This document shows positions 28,623 to 38,967 of a stretch of 64,000 nt of DNA, one piece after another. The number at the start of each line of letters is the position of its first letter. Position 1 is the first letter of the stretch. The DNA comes from a virus: the IMG/VR virus record IMGVR_UViG_3300008261_000125, positions 31,568 through 95,567 of that record; one strand, 5' to 3'. The notes under the pieces were generated by a model. That model saw only the letters and a program-made list of their open reading frames with translations. It had not been told where the DNA came from and made no database searches. The position numbers and the translations under genes were made by a program.

Positions 28623-31600
28623 TATCTTGGAGAATTAAGGTTCTTAGTATTAGCTATCATTACCAACATTTTGTAATTCATAGATTGGTTTAACACAACT
28701 GCTTTTCTTAATAAAACAGAAGTAGTATAATGTCTGAATTTTTTTCTTTGAAATGGAGCTTTGTTATAATCTAGATTAAAAGTATTTAATACTCTATGGT
28801 ATCCATTAGCACCTGTGTTCCAAATAGGTCTTTGAGCAAATCCAGGAATAGTTGGGTTATAATATTCCCCTCTATCTTTAGTAGTATCCCAGAATTGATT
28901 GAATCTATATTTGTTTTCTTCCTTAGAGAATAGAACATTTATGTTAGTTGGATTGATGATTGGATACTGAAGTATTGCAGTTGGATTCTGTTTAGGATTA
29001 AGAACTAACTTCAATAATCCTGAAGTTTGTTCAGTATTATATATAATAGCTTCATTAAAATTATAATCCAATACATGGAATCTATCATAACAGTTTGGTG
29101 CATATTTGTATGCTTCCATAATATATTCAATACTTCTTAAAGATGTAACATCTTGAGCAGTATTAACCATAAACTCTACTTCAAATGGTTGATCAATATT
29201 GTAATAGTTACAATATAAATCACATCTTTGATTATGAATCCATATACCTCTAAGATCATTAGGGTTAGTAGTCATGAAAGTATTTTTACCAGGAAGTGTT
29301 AATGATGGATGCCAATCATGGTACCCAATCCAACCATCAGTTTTAGGATCATAACTTATAGTCCATGATGCATCATCAAAGTATAATTGCCATAAAGTAT
29401 CTACAGGATCACCTAGTTTAAATAGTAATTGTGTAGAAAGTACTTTGAATACATTTGAACTACCAGTGTATTGTATTAAGTTTTTAAACTCAGGTTTGAG
29501 TTTGTAATCCTTCTTACTAAAGTATAATATACCATCTTGATTATTATACATAGATTGACAACCAATACCAATAACAGGGTTATCAATAAGTTCAAAATCA
29601 GGAAAGTCTTTTGTTAATACATAAGGTAAGTATTGAGCAAACCACCATTTCATATTCATGTTGGATACCTCTTTAATACCACCTTGTAAAGAGAATACTT
29701 TACCTTGGTTTTGACTAATCCAATACAATCCTGCTGGAGTATTTATTACACTTAATCTATTTTGACAAGATGCATACTCATGAGAACTATCTACATTAAT
29801 AAGTGCTTGCATTGGTTGAGAGAATAATCCTCCATCACCAATAGTAAGTTTAGTTCCTAAACCTGTTTCTAATTGATCTGTTCCTTGAAACTGAACTGGA
29901 CTAGCAGCATCAAAGAATATCATAGCACCACTTTTATTTACTGGTTTAATACATGTTACTACATTGTCAAAATCATTATAGTTACTCGGTAGGAAGACCA
30001 ACCATCCATCCTTTAAACTTTCATATTGAGCAGGTAAAGAATAAACAGCTCTTGTTGGTTTATATACATAACATGTTTCAGCAATATATGGATCATAACT
30101 AATAGGTTGACTACTAGCCCATGATACATAATTAGAAAACATTTTAGATATACTTAATGAAAAATCATATTTATAATAGTTACCTGATTTAATAATACTA
30201 GTTTTAAATAAATCTTTAGTATCACTTCCTTCATATGGATCATAAAACTTTTGTTCTTCTAAAGCACCATAATCTCTATAGGCAGTATTAATTTCACTTT
30301 CAACAAAGAAATCTCTTACACCAGATTTAAATAAATAAAACCATCCTTTTACATCAAACCTAAACGAGTTAGGTGAAAAACCTGAAATTGCAGCATTAAA
30401 ACCTTCACCATCTAGTACATAATAACTACTAGGAACAATTGAAGGTTCACTTTGTCCAAAAGTAGCTAATTGTGAAAAAAAACTACTAGTAAAATCACTT
30501 GTTTGAAACTGATTAAAGTTAGCCCAATACTTAGGATAAGGTATCATTACATGCTGCGTGTAATCTAACTGAGCACCATCTGGTTGACCCTCTAACCAAT
30601 CATAAAAGTATAAGAAAGTATTTTTTTCTGTATATCTGTTTACATAAGTATCACCACCAAATAGTGTAGTTGTAGAAGATCCTGTACTATAACAAGGACT
30701 TACAGGTACTTGAACTATATTATTTAATTGACTATACTGATTTTTAATTCTAACTTTTAAAGCACCATAATGAGAAGCACATCTGGTTTCAAAAATTTTA
30801 TTAACCATGTCTTCTACTTTTGTAATATTACTAGGTTTTATAATACCAGATCTAGAATTATCTCCTGTTGGTACTGGTAGTTTATTAGTTGATATTGTTT
30901 CAAATGTAACAGTTCTTTGTCTATATAGATTGTTTATTTGTAAATTAGGATTTAATGATACTATTTCAGGATTAATATAAAATGCATTATCAATTTCACT
31001 TCTAAATGTATTAGCTTTATTTACATTGTCAAATTCATTATAAAACCCATGAGAATGGTATCTTAATGCAAAGTCTCTATATCTAATAATTGCTCTAATT
31101 AATCTTATAATAGAATCAGTTCCTTCAGAAAAATAGTTTAAAAACATTGGTATTTTGTATATTATTCCTGCTCCTCCTAAACCATCTAAATAACCATCAG
31201 TTTTATTAACTTCTAAATCTGGTATTGAAGCTGCTAAAACACCTGAAGCCGACATTGCAGCAGAATAATAAGCTATATTTTTTTGAGTAGCATTTGGAAC
31301 TAATGGTACTAATGCACCAATTGTATTTGAAGCTAAGGCTTCATCAGCTAATATTGTTCCTACTAATCCTAAATTTACTCCAGTAACTGGGGGGTTTACT
31401 AATAAATAACTTGGTGATAATAACCCACTAGATGTACCAGCTGCTAATACATCATTATAATGACCAGATGTAGAAAGAGTGGTGCTAAATTTTTTACTAC
31501 TTTGTCCTTGAGCTGCTTGAGCTGCTATTACTAAACCACCTATAGCTGAAATTATAAAAGATAAATTAGTAATTAGTTTTTCTTTAGGATGTTCTTCAGA

Positions 31601-33676
31601 ATATTCATATTTACCTCTTACACCCCCTTTTATTGTACCATAGAGTTTAAATTCTTTAGCAGATAAAAATGGATTATTAAAGTTAGTTTCAGGAGAGTGA
31701 AAAGTATAATAAGGATTATCAAAACTAGAACCAGGTATTGGTATATTAGCATTTATATTTCCATTACTATAAGAAGTTAATGTTGAACTTAAAAATGGAT
31801 TATTGCCTAAATCATTATATGGATAATTTGGAAATAAACCATTTTTTGTACTATTTGGTATAGCATATCTACACATGTTATTAATCATACCTTTGGCAAT
31901 AATTGTTCTATTACCATTTCTAGTACCTCTTAATATTTCATATCCTATAATACCTGGAATAGGTTGACCACTATTATCTACAGGAGGTTTGACTTTTTCA
32001 AACTTAACTCCCATTATTCTTATTTTATCTCCATTACCACTATTAAATAATACTGTATTTGAACTAGTATTATCTTCAGGAAACTTATGATGTCTTATAG
32101 GTTTTCCACATAAATCATAATCATCAATTTGAGTACTGCTGTAAGGAAAGCTAGTAACTGCTGACCAAGTATGAGCACTTGCATTCCAAATTTGTGGTTT
32201 GTTATCTGGGTAGTTTTCACTTGATTGCCAATAACCCATATAACCTTCAGCAATGACTACACCACCATCTGGTAAAACATTAGCACCTAAAGGTGGAGGT
32301 AATGGAAAAGTAGCAGTTTCAGTAGCTGTATTGTAAGTTTCAAATACGTATTCATCTCCTTCTAATGCATTACTTGCTCCAAAACTCCAAGCTGAATCTT
32401 CTTTAGCAGAAGGTCCACCAGGAATTGAATATGAAACTGCTGGTCTACCTGGAATATGATATGAAGAAGATTTATCACCTGTATCATATATCCATTGGAT
32501 AAAGTAAGAATAAACTTCATCTCTCATATACCCAACATGGTTATTACCTTTTTTGTAATAGTTAGCAGGATATTCAACTGATTGCCATTTAGCAACTATT
32601 TGATTAGCTAATGGTTGATAGTTAAAATCTTGTTTTGATGTTGGACCAACTCTTAATAAGTAATCTCCTACAGAGTACATAGCATCTGTCTTGTCCATTA
32701 TAGGAGTCATTATAGGTAACTGCTCTATAGGAATAGCTGGCCAAGTATCTTGTATAATATCAAAGCTTAATTTTTTTTGTCTAGTGCTGTAGATACCAGC
32801 TTGCCTTACTACTACTTGTTGATTAGTGCTTGAACCAACTCCAACAATTAATTCATCATAATCAGCATCAACACTATCTATAAATACATCTAATGATGAG
32901 GCTACATTATTATGATCAAATAATCCTTGAACATTTGACATATACCAGTCACTTATTTTTTGTCCTTTAATAGCATAAGCCATTACAACAAAGTAAGATC
33001 CATTAATTAGATTACCACCACTAACTCCTTTTTCCACTCTAGGACAGATAGGATTTATGTACTTAGCTAATCTAATTTTATCACAATCTAGTACAGATGT
33101 GTTTTCTGTTTCACTACATGGTGGTTGACCTTCTGGACCAGGTGCTGGTGCTTGTATCCATGGAATAGTACTTTCAGGATTACTATAAAGATTTCTAGCA
33201 GGATTATCTACATCAATCTCTAATACTCTTGATGGGTTGTTTCCATCATCCCAATATAAATTATATGTACAAGTACTTAAAGATCTTGCTACTCCTATTA
33301 CTAAATTATCTTGATTAAACTTTAAGCAAGCATCATTTACTACTGTTATGTAAGCTGGATTGATTTGTTGATTTTGACCACAGTTCTTTTCTATAAACAA
33401 TCCTATTTCAGAATTAGTATTATCAGTAGAGAAAACAGCCCATTTATCTTCAATAATATGTATGTATCCAATAACCGGATATGGTGCAGATACACAATAA
33501 AGGTTTGCTGGCTCATTACCAAGTTTTCCTAAATCACCAGTATTTGAATTATTAATAGCATTCCTAGCCTGTGTCCAGGAATTGGAGGGTAGGTGAAAGT
33601 CATTAACATCTTCATTTAAAGCTTTATCAAATGTCCTACCTTGACCACCACTAGTATTTTGTGTATTATCTTCCAT
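28622..33676 (-). CDS. Tail stabilisation / muzzle protein (crAss-like)
   Basis: 1684-aa beta-rich protein with YMRDEVY and WTISYDP...W.GYHDW motifs; follows the tail ring genes as in crAss-like gene order. Confidence 0.75.
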   Translation of the reverse strand: MEDNTQNTSGGQGRTFDKALNEDVNDFHLPSNSWTQARNAINNSNTGDLGKLGNEPANLYCVSAPYPVIGYIHIIEDKWAVFSTDNTNSEIGLFIEKNCGQNQQINPAYITVVNDACLKFNQDNLVIGVARSLSTCTYNLYWDDGNNPSRVLEIDVDNPARNLYSNPESTIPWIQAPAPGPEGQPPCSETENTSVLDCDKIRLAKYINPICPRVEKGVSGGNLINGSYFVVMAYAIKGQKISDWYMSNVQGLFDHNNVASSLDVFIDSVDADYDELIVGVGSSTNQQVVVRQAGIYSTRQKKLSFDIIQDTWPAIPIEQLPIMTPIMDKTDAMYSVGDYLLRVGPTSKQDFNYQPLANQIVAKWQSVEYPANYYKKGNNHVGYMRDEVYSYFIQWIYDTGDKSSSYHIPGRPAVSYSIPGGPSAKEDSAWSFGASNALEGDEYVFETYNTATETATFPLPPPLGANVLPDGGVVIAEGYMGYWQSSENYPDNKPQIWNASAHTWSAVTSFPYSSTQIDDYDLCGKPIRHHKFPEDNTSSNTVLFNSGNGDKIRIMGVKFEKVKPPVDNSGQPIPGIIGYEILRGTRNGNRTIIAKGMINNMCRYAIPNSTKNGLFPNYPYNDLGNNPFLSSTLTSYSNGNINANIPIPGSSFDNPYYTFHSPETNFNNPFLSAKEFKLYGTIKGGVRGKYEYSEEHPKEKLITNLSFIISAIGGLVIAAQAAQGQSSKKFSTTLSTSGHYNDVLAAGTSSGLLSPSYLLVNPPVTGVNLGLVGTILADEALASNTIGALVPLVPNATQKNIAYYSAAMSASGVLAASIPDLEVNKTDGYLDGLGGAGIIYKIPMFLNYFSEGTDSIIRLIRAIIRYRDFALRYHSHGFYNEFDNVNKANTFRSEIDNAFYINPEIVSLNPNLQINNLYRQRTVTFETISTNKLPVPTGDNSRSGIIKPSNITKVEDMVNKIFETRCASHYGALKVRIKNQYSQLNNIVQVPVSPCYSTGSSTTTLFGGDTYVNRYTEKNTFLYFYDWLEGQPDGAQLDYTQHVMIPYPKYWANFNQFQTSDFTSSFFSQLATFGQSEPSIVPSSYYVLDGEGFNAAISGFSPNSFRFDVKGWFYLFKSGVRDFFVESEINTAYRDYGALEEQKFYDPYEGSDTKDLFKTSIIKSGNYYKYDFSLSISKMFSNYVSWASSQPISYDPYIAETCYVYKPTRAVYSLPAQYESLKDGWLVFLPSNYNDFDNVVTCIKPVNKSGAMIFFDAASPVQFQGTDQLETGLGTKLTIGDGGLFSQPMQALINVDSSHEYASCQNRLSVINTPAGLYWISQNQGKVFSLQGGIKEVSNMNMKWWFAQYLPYVLTKDFPDFELIDNPVIGIGCQSMYNNQDGILYFSKKDYKLKPEFKNLIQYTGSSNVFKVLSTQLLFKLGDPVDTLWQLYFDDASWTISYDPKTDGWIGYHDWHPSLTLPGKNTFMTTNPNDLRGIWIHNQRCDLYCNYYNIDQPFEVEFMVNTAQDVTSLRSIEYIMEAYKYAPNCYDRFHVLDYNFNEAIIYNTEQTSGLLKLVLNPKQNPTAILQYPIINPTNINVLFSKEENKYRFNQFWDTTKDRGEYYNPTIPGFAQRPIWNTGANGYHRVLNTFNLDYNKAPFQRKKFRHYTTSVLLRKAVVLNQSMNYKMLVMIANTKNLNSPR

Positions 33677-34698
33677 TAGTATCTATTCATTTGATTTTGA
33701 ACATTAATATTAAAAGCTTGATTCCATGGGTATGATTTAAATGGTTCATAGAATTTAGCATATTGAGCTTTTCTATTAGCTTCCCATAATTGTTTCATCT
33801 CAGCAAAGTTTGGAGTATTAACAATCATTTTAGCATAGTTCCTAGATTGTCTTAATCTTTGTTCTACTAAGTTTAACTTAGCTGAAACATTCTCATCATT
33901 CATTAATAAGTTTTCTAGTATCCTTTGTTTAATAGCATACTCATAATACTCATTAATTTCTGGATGATCTGGAACAAGTAAGTTACCTTCTTCATCTTCT
34001 AATTGACCTTGGTAAGCAATGTATACTCTCCCATCATCAAAATTAGTAAAGAGAAAGTTATCTTTTATCCAAGCTTGTTGTGGAGATCTAACATATAAGT
34101 TAGGACAATCACAATCAATAGTCTGAGGATTATTAATAATAGTCAAAGGCCAAAGTCTTTTATAGACTCTCTGTTGAGTTTTAACTATTTGTACTAACTC
34201 ATAAGTTTCACCTTTACAGTTTAATTGAATCTTAGGTTTAATACAGTAGCTTTGATCACCTGGTAAATCAGGACAGTTAGATGGGTTAGTATGACATGTG
34301 CAAGTATTACAAGGAATACCACATGATTGACAATTTACAACTCCATCAGTACATGAACTAATAGTAGCAGGTGTTTGATAGTAAGGAGGAATTATCTTAA
34401 CTTCTTGAATATCAGTACCTTGACTAACTGGTTCATGAACAGTTAACTCATCACAAATCAATGCATAGTTTAAAACAAAGAAATCATCAGGTAATTTTAC
34501 TCTACCTTTATTAACTTCTAAAAGAGTTTCTTTAGTCATATTAACTCTAAGACCTAAATCATAAGTAACTCTTTTAGCAACTTTAATAAGCTGCTGAGGT
34601 TCAATCATATTTTGCAATGACAAGTTTTGAAAGTCAACCTGAACATCATCAAGTAACTGGTCAAAAGTTCTGTATTTGAGGGTATAATTATATGACAT
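33676..34698 (-). CDS. Tail tubular / ring protein (P22 gp4-like by position)
   Basis: 340 aa. LPDDF...NF.DG.V.I.Y....DEEG...VPD pattern; sits directly upstream of the muzzle gene. Confidence 0.65.
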   Translation of the reverse strand: MSYNYTLKYRTFDQLLDDVQVDFQNLSLQNMIEPQQLIKVAKRVTYDLGLRVNMTKETLLEVNKGRVKLPDDFFVLNYALICDELTVHEPVSQGTDIQEVKIIPPYYQTPATISSCTDGVVNCQSCGIPCNTCTCHTNPSNCPDLPGDQSYCIKPKIQLNCKGETYELVQIVKTQQRVYKRLWPLTIINNPQTIDCDCPNLYVRSPQQAWIKDNFLFTNFDDGRVYIAYQGQLEDEEGNLLVPDHPEINEYYEYAIKQRILENLLMNDENVSAKLNLVEQRLRQSRNYAKMIVNTPNFAEMKQLWEANRKAQYAKFYEPFKSYPWNQAFNINVQNQMNRY

Positions 34699-34703
34699 TG
34701 TTA

Positions 34704-35375
34704 TTAGGTTCTAAGAGGATTTTGATTATCATCATTATTTTCAATAGGTACTTGCATTAAGAATGTTAATTCTTTTAATACCATTTGTTCTATTTCAGCA
34801 AATAAGTATTCTGGAATGTGAGTATCACTATCTTGTCTTGGTTTACATTGATCTCCATCACATAGATACATCTCAATACTATCATCCCATAGACCTTCTA
34901 CAGCAACAGCTTCCCAAACAATATTAGGAAAATATAAATATCCTCCTAAATACCAGTAGTATTTATTTTTATTATACTTGAATGAACTAAGATTAGCCAT
35001 GTTAGTATATGTACTAGGATAGGTTTTATAAACTTGTATAGATCCATCTATAGAGGAGATAGTCCTAAACAATGGTCCATAAGCTCCTTCTAATACAGTA
35101 GGAAGTTTATCCTTTGTTCTTTTAATAGTACAGTTGGATTTTACTCCTGCACAACATGCTTCAATTTTATCTACTTCAACAAGTTCTACACAAGGTAATC
35201 TTTCAAACAAACTTTGAAATCTCATAATCTTGTTTTCATTATCTTGTCTCCTGATTAGCATCTTAGCATATTTCAAGATCATAGAATATAAGAATCTATC
35301 TGTAAGGAAAGCATCTTCTTTAACACCCTTTACAACATTCCTAACTCTGGATATGGTTTCACCTATAGTTGTCAT
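34704..35375 (-). CDS. Tail ring / structural protein
   Basis: 223 aa with a YYWYLGGYLYFPN motif; conserved position between the IHF-like and tail tubular genes. Confidence 0.55.
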   Translation of the reverse strand: MTTIGETISRVRNVVKGVKEDAFLTDRFLYSMILKYAKMLIRRQDNENKIMRFQSLFERLPCVELVEVDKIEACCAGVKSNCTIKRTKDKLPTVLEGAYGPLFRTISSIDGSIQVYKTYPSTYTNMANLSSFKYNKNKYYWYLGGYLYFPNIVWEAVAVEGLWDDSIEMYLCDGDQCKPRQDSDTHIPEYLFAEIEQMVLKELTFLMQVPIENNDDNQNPLRT

Positions 35376-35379
35376 TTTA

Positions 35380-35985
35380 TTAATTTAAATCAAATTCATT
35401 ATATAATGGATCAATAGCAAAAGTTTCAATTGAATTTCTAAACCATTCATTTTTCTTATATGTCTGCATGTATTTAGAAATGTTTTTACCATTCTCAACT
35501 TGCACATATATTTTCCAGTTATTAATATAAATATCTTTAACACTTCTTTTAAACTCTCTAACAGCTGTAAATCTCCAAAGCTCTCTGTTTTTAAACTTAT
35601 ACTTGTTAGCAAAATTAGTATAGAATATTTTAGCTAAGAAGTTATCTGAATCAAAGTTCTTTTGTCTGTGTCTTAAACCAGAATCTTGTATTGATTTACC
35701 ATAATCAGTGTTATATTTTTTAGGACTTAAACAAGTTCCTAAGAATATAAAACCTAAATTTTCTGGAAGCTCTACCCCATCTCTGTAATTTAAAGCATGG
35801 TTCCATAATTCACCATTAAATACTTTAATTATTTCTTTAAGGTCTTTAATAGGAACATCTTTAAACTCTGGATTATCTTTCTTAAACTTTTCAAAAAACA
35901 CTTTATTATAAATACTGTGTACTTCTTCTCTCTTTCTAGGAGCTTTTAAATCAGGTTTTTTAAAATGAGTAATTACACCTTCCAT
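35380..35985 (-). CDS. IHF/HU-like DNA-binding protein (crAss-like)
   Basis: Helical N-terminus followed by GVELPENLGFIF; position matches the crAss IHF-like gene before the tail genes. Confidence 0.5.
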   Translation of the reverse strand: MEGVITHFKKPDLKAPRKREEVHSIYNKVFFEKFKKDNPEFKDVPIKDLKEIIKVFNGELWNHALNYRDGVELPENLGFIFLGTCLSPKKYNTDYGKSIQDSGLRHRQKNFDSDNFLAKIFYTNFANKYKFKNRELWRFTAVREFKRSVKDIYINNWKIYVQVENGKNISKYMQTYKKNEWFRNSIETFAIDPLYNEFDLN

Positions 35986-36055
35986 ACTTAAATATACATA
36001 TAATTTCTAATCTTTAAAAATAATCTTTTATTGCCTGATTTGCAAGATATTATAA

Positions 36056-36097
36056 AGCAAAAGTCCTCTGGTATAATTTAACCAGAGGACTCTGCTT
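36056..36097 (-). terminator. Probable intrinsic terminator
   Basis: 11-bp inverted repeat agtcctctggt (36062-36072) / accagaggact (36081-36091), followed on the minus strand by a T-rich tract; downstream of the 36138 stop. Confidence 0.7.
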
Positions 36098-36137
36098 GTT
36101 AGGCACGTTTAAACCAACAAACCGTGACACTAATATT

Positions 36138-36695
36138 TTAATTCAATCTAATTCTATTATGTAAAAATTCATTTATAGATTCAATTGTTGTATAATTTTT
36201 ATTTACTACTTCATTCCTTACCATCTGAATATACTTTCTAATATAATTAAAATTATTCAGATTTAAATATCTGGGTGTAATATTAACAATAATTTTTGTA
36301 TTATTTTTCTTAACAATACTGTTTAATTTCATTAATGCAAATCTGTCTGCTGATTGCTCAAAATATAATAAAGATTCTATAGCTTCATCTATGGATGTGT
36401 TGCTCCTATAGATTTCTAATGCTAAGTCTTTACCATACTTTTTATACTGATATTGGTGTGCTATCTCATGTAGTATTATGTATAAGATGTAATCAGTAGG
36501 AAGATCCAACACTTTATAGCTTATAACACATTCTTCAGGTTTAGATATACCCATAGCTTTAATTGACATGTGTTCAAACCTAATACTTACACAGCCAGAC
36601 TTAATAATAAAATCTTCTAAATCCTCAAAGAATTCCTCACCAATATAAAAACATCTGTCTTTTATTGTATTGATAAATTCTTTGAGATTATTCAT
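36138..36695 (-). CDS. Putative HExxH metallopeptidase-like protein
   Basis: ILHEIAHQYQ followed by E..AD.FA, a zincin/ImmA-IrrE-like pattern. Confidence 0.55.
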   Translation of the reverse strand: MNNLKEFINTIKDRCFYIGEEFFEDLEDFIIKSGCVSIRFEHMSIKAMGISKPEECVISYKVLDLPTDYILYIILHEIAHQYQYKKYGKDLALEIYRSNTSIDEAIESLLYFEQSADRFALMKLNSIVKKNNTKIIVNITPRYLNLNNFNYIRKYIQMVRNEVVNKNYTTIESINEFLHNRIRLN

Positions 36696-36700
36696 TAGTA

Positions 36701-37306
36701 TTATAAAGTAGGAGTAAAAATAAAATCAGGAACATTAACTACATCTTCAATATCACTACCGACAGTAATCTTAATTAATTTTTTAAGAGTACACATAAGT
36801 TCTTGTGAAGCAGTAATATAGTCATTAAGAACTTCTTCAGTAAGATTTTCATAATTACCAAAATCAATGACTTGATCAAAGTCATATGCTACAGGTTCAT
36901 ATAACCAAGTATTACCTGTCATAGGAATTAATTCAGGTACTAATTTAGTTAATTCAACAATCTTAACACCAGTACCAGGTAAACATGATGCACATGGTTC
37001 AAAAACATCAGTTGCTGCACATCCTGCATAAGCATTATAAAAAATTAATCTTTTAATCCTCCAATTAATAAAAGCATCTTGAAACTCTCCGTAATAATAA
37101 CTATCAGGATTTGGTGTACAAGTATAAGGAGGATGCCAAGCAGTACTTGCTAAAAACCATTCATTAACAGCTTTTAAAAAAGCATTAAAACTTTCATTAG
37201 CAGTTCCTAAAGCATCTACTTTATCTCCATAAGGTGTTGAATATGGTGGTCTGTTATATTGACCGATTAGACCAGTAGTGTAATAATCTTCTAAATCAAA
37301 TAGCAT
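36701..37306 (-). CDS. Hypothetical protein (tail-fibre region)
   Basis: 201-aa ORF tightly packed with its neighbours. Confidence 0.6.
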   Translation of the reverse strand: MLFDLEDYYTTGLIGQYNRPPYSTPYGDKVDALGTANESFNAFLKAVNEWFLASTAWHPPYTCTPNPDSYYYGEFQDAFINWRIKRLIFYNAYAGCAATDVFEPCASCLPGTGVKIVELTKLVPELIPMTGNTWLYEPVAYDFDQVIDFGNYENLTEEVLNDYITASQELMCTLKKLIKITVGSDIEDVVNVPDFIFTPTL

Positions 37307-37318
37307 GTTTTATAATTT

Positions 37319-38956
37319 TTAAATATTTGTAATTTGATAATCTCTATATGTTTTAATTACATGTTGTAATATATACACATTAGACCAAGTAAATGGTTTC
37401 GTAGCTAAAGACATTTGAACTGTAGATTGTTTTTGTGCATCTCTTCTTGCTCTTCTTGTAGTTAATATGTCATCAAAATATAAACTTATAGGTTCCCATA
37501 TAGATAATGTGCTATTCCATATTAAATCAGCACCAGCATCAAAAACTCTAATAATTTGTCCAGGTTCAATTGGTATAGGATCATTGCTAGTTAAAGTTGG
37601 TAAATCTGCAGCTGTTTTTACAGCAGGTCTTCTTTTAATATCAATAACTCCAGGATATCTGTCAGATAATGTGGTTCCATAATCAGGGTCTATAACTTCT
37701 GTCCACATATTTTTAATAACACCTGAATCTTCATAATAAATTTGACTAATAGGATAACCACCATCAAATACATTTATATATTTTAAAGGAGCTTTTCCAT
37801 TATTGTTGTAAAAAATATCATGAGGAAAAGTTAATGAATTAAGATTTAAGTTTTCTCCAGGTAAATATGATTGTGGTTTAGGTTTATCATATGGTTGAAA
37901 TCCTGTACCTGCTGATGATGCTAATAAAACCCCCCATTGACGTTTCATAAAAGAATCTCTTTGTTCTCTATATATAGTTCCAATGTCTCCTTCATTTAAT
38001 TCAGGTCTATATATACCATAACTATTTAAATCAGTACATGTAGGTATAACCCTTTTATCATCCATAAAATCTAAATCCATTGTCACCCAATTAAAGAAAG
38101 TTTGACCTTGATCACAAAACTCTACATTGTAAGAATTACATACAGATGCATTAACTGGATAACAATCTTCATTAGTATATCTATAATAAAAAGTTTTATT
38201 AGCTCCATTAGCATCAGTTACTTTTAGTTGCAAAGTAGTACCAGCTATAGTAGATCCATCTTCTTTTAAAGTTGTTTTTGGTGTATATGCACCAGTTAAT
38301 TTTGGTCTTCCATTATATACAGCCCCATTAAATTCTCCATCAATTTTTTTAAAATTTACATCTAAATAAATTTTGTTTGTATTTGTTGGAAGACAACCTC
38401 TGAAATAATGACCAGCTTGATCTCCTTCAGCAATTGTCCATTCATAAGTATATGGACTTTGACCACCAGTAATTGTTACCTCTACAGAGGGTGTTAAAGC
38501 TTTCATATAAGCAAACCACTGAGATTCTCCTATCCAACCTGGACCACATGGAGGTGTTGACCCTATATAATTATCAAATGGTGCTGGTATATCTCCACAA
38601 CAATATGGTGTATTATCACTAAGTTGAGCAGCACAACTTAAGCTTGTTACATAATCAGTATATCTCTGATCTGGATAAGAAGTAAACTCAGCTTCTAAGT
38701 CACAATATCTTTTATTGATGTAATCCATTATATCATTTAATCCAGCACTAATTGGTGAATTAGTAGGGATAACAGGTCCATTAAGTCCTTCAATAGGATC
38801 ACCTGTATATATGACACAGTCAGCATCAAATGTTTCAGTACATGGAGATGGGTCTGGACATGCTGGTGTATTTGGAATACAATAATCAGGAGTTGTCATT
38901 GATTGTGGAATACATCCACAATTACATTCTTTATCACATTTATTACAGTTTGACAT
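37319..38956 (-). CDS. Putative fibre protein with Cys-rich N-terminal domain and Ig/SprB-like ITGGQSPYTYEW segment
   Basis: 545 aa; N-terminus paralogous to that of the 38968 gene. Confidence 0.55.
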   Translation of the reverse strand: MSNCNKCDKECNCGCIPQSMTTPDYCIPNTPACPDPSPCTETFDADCVIYTGDPIEGLNGPVIPTNSPISAGLNDIMDYINKRYCDLEAEFTSYPDQRYTDYVTSLSCAAQLSDNTPYCCGDIPAPFDNYIGSTPPCGPGWIGESQWFAYMKALTPSVEVTITGGQSPYTYEWTIAEGDQAGHYFRGCLPTNTNKIYLDVNFKKIDGEFNGAVYNGRPKLTGAYTPKTTLKEDGSTIAGTTLQLKVTDANGANKTFYYRYTNEDCYPVNASVCNSYNVEFCDQGQTFFNWVTMDLDFMDDKRVIPTCTDLNSYGIYRPELNEGDIGTIYREQRDSFMKRQWGVLLASSAGTGFQPYDKPKPQSYLPGENLNLNSLTFPHDIFYNNNGKAPLKYINVFDGGYPISQIYYEDSGVIKNMWTEVIDPDYGTTLSDRYPGVIDIKRRPAVKTAADLPTLTSNDPIPIEPGQIIRVFDAGADLIWNSTLSIWEPISLYFDDILTTRRARRDAQKQSTVQMSLATKPFTWSNVYILQHVIKTYRDYQITNI

Positions 38957-38967
38957 GTTATATTTTA

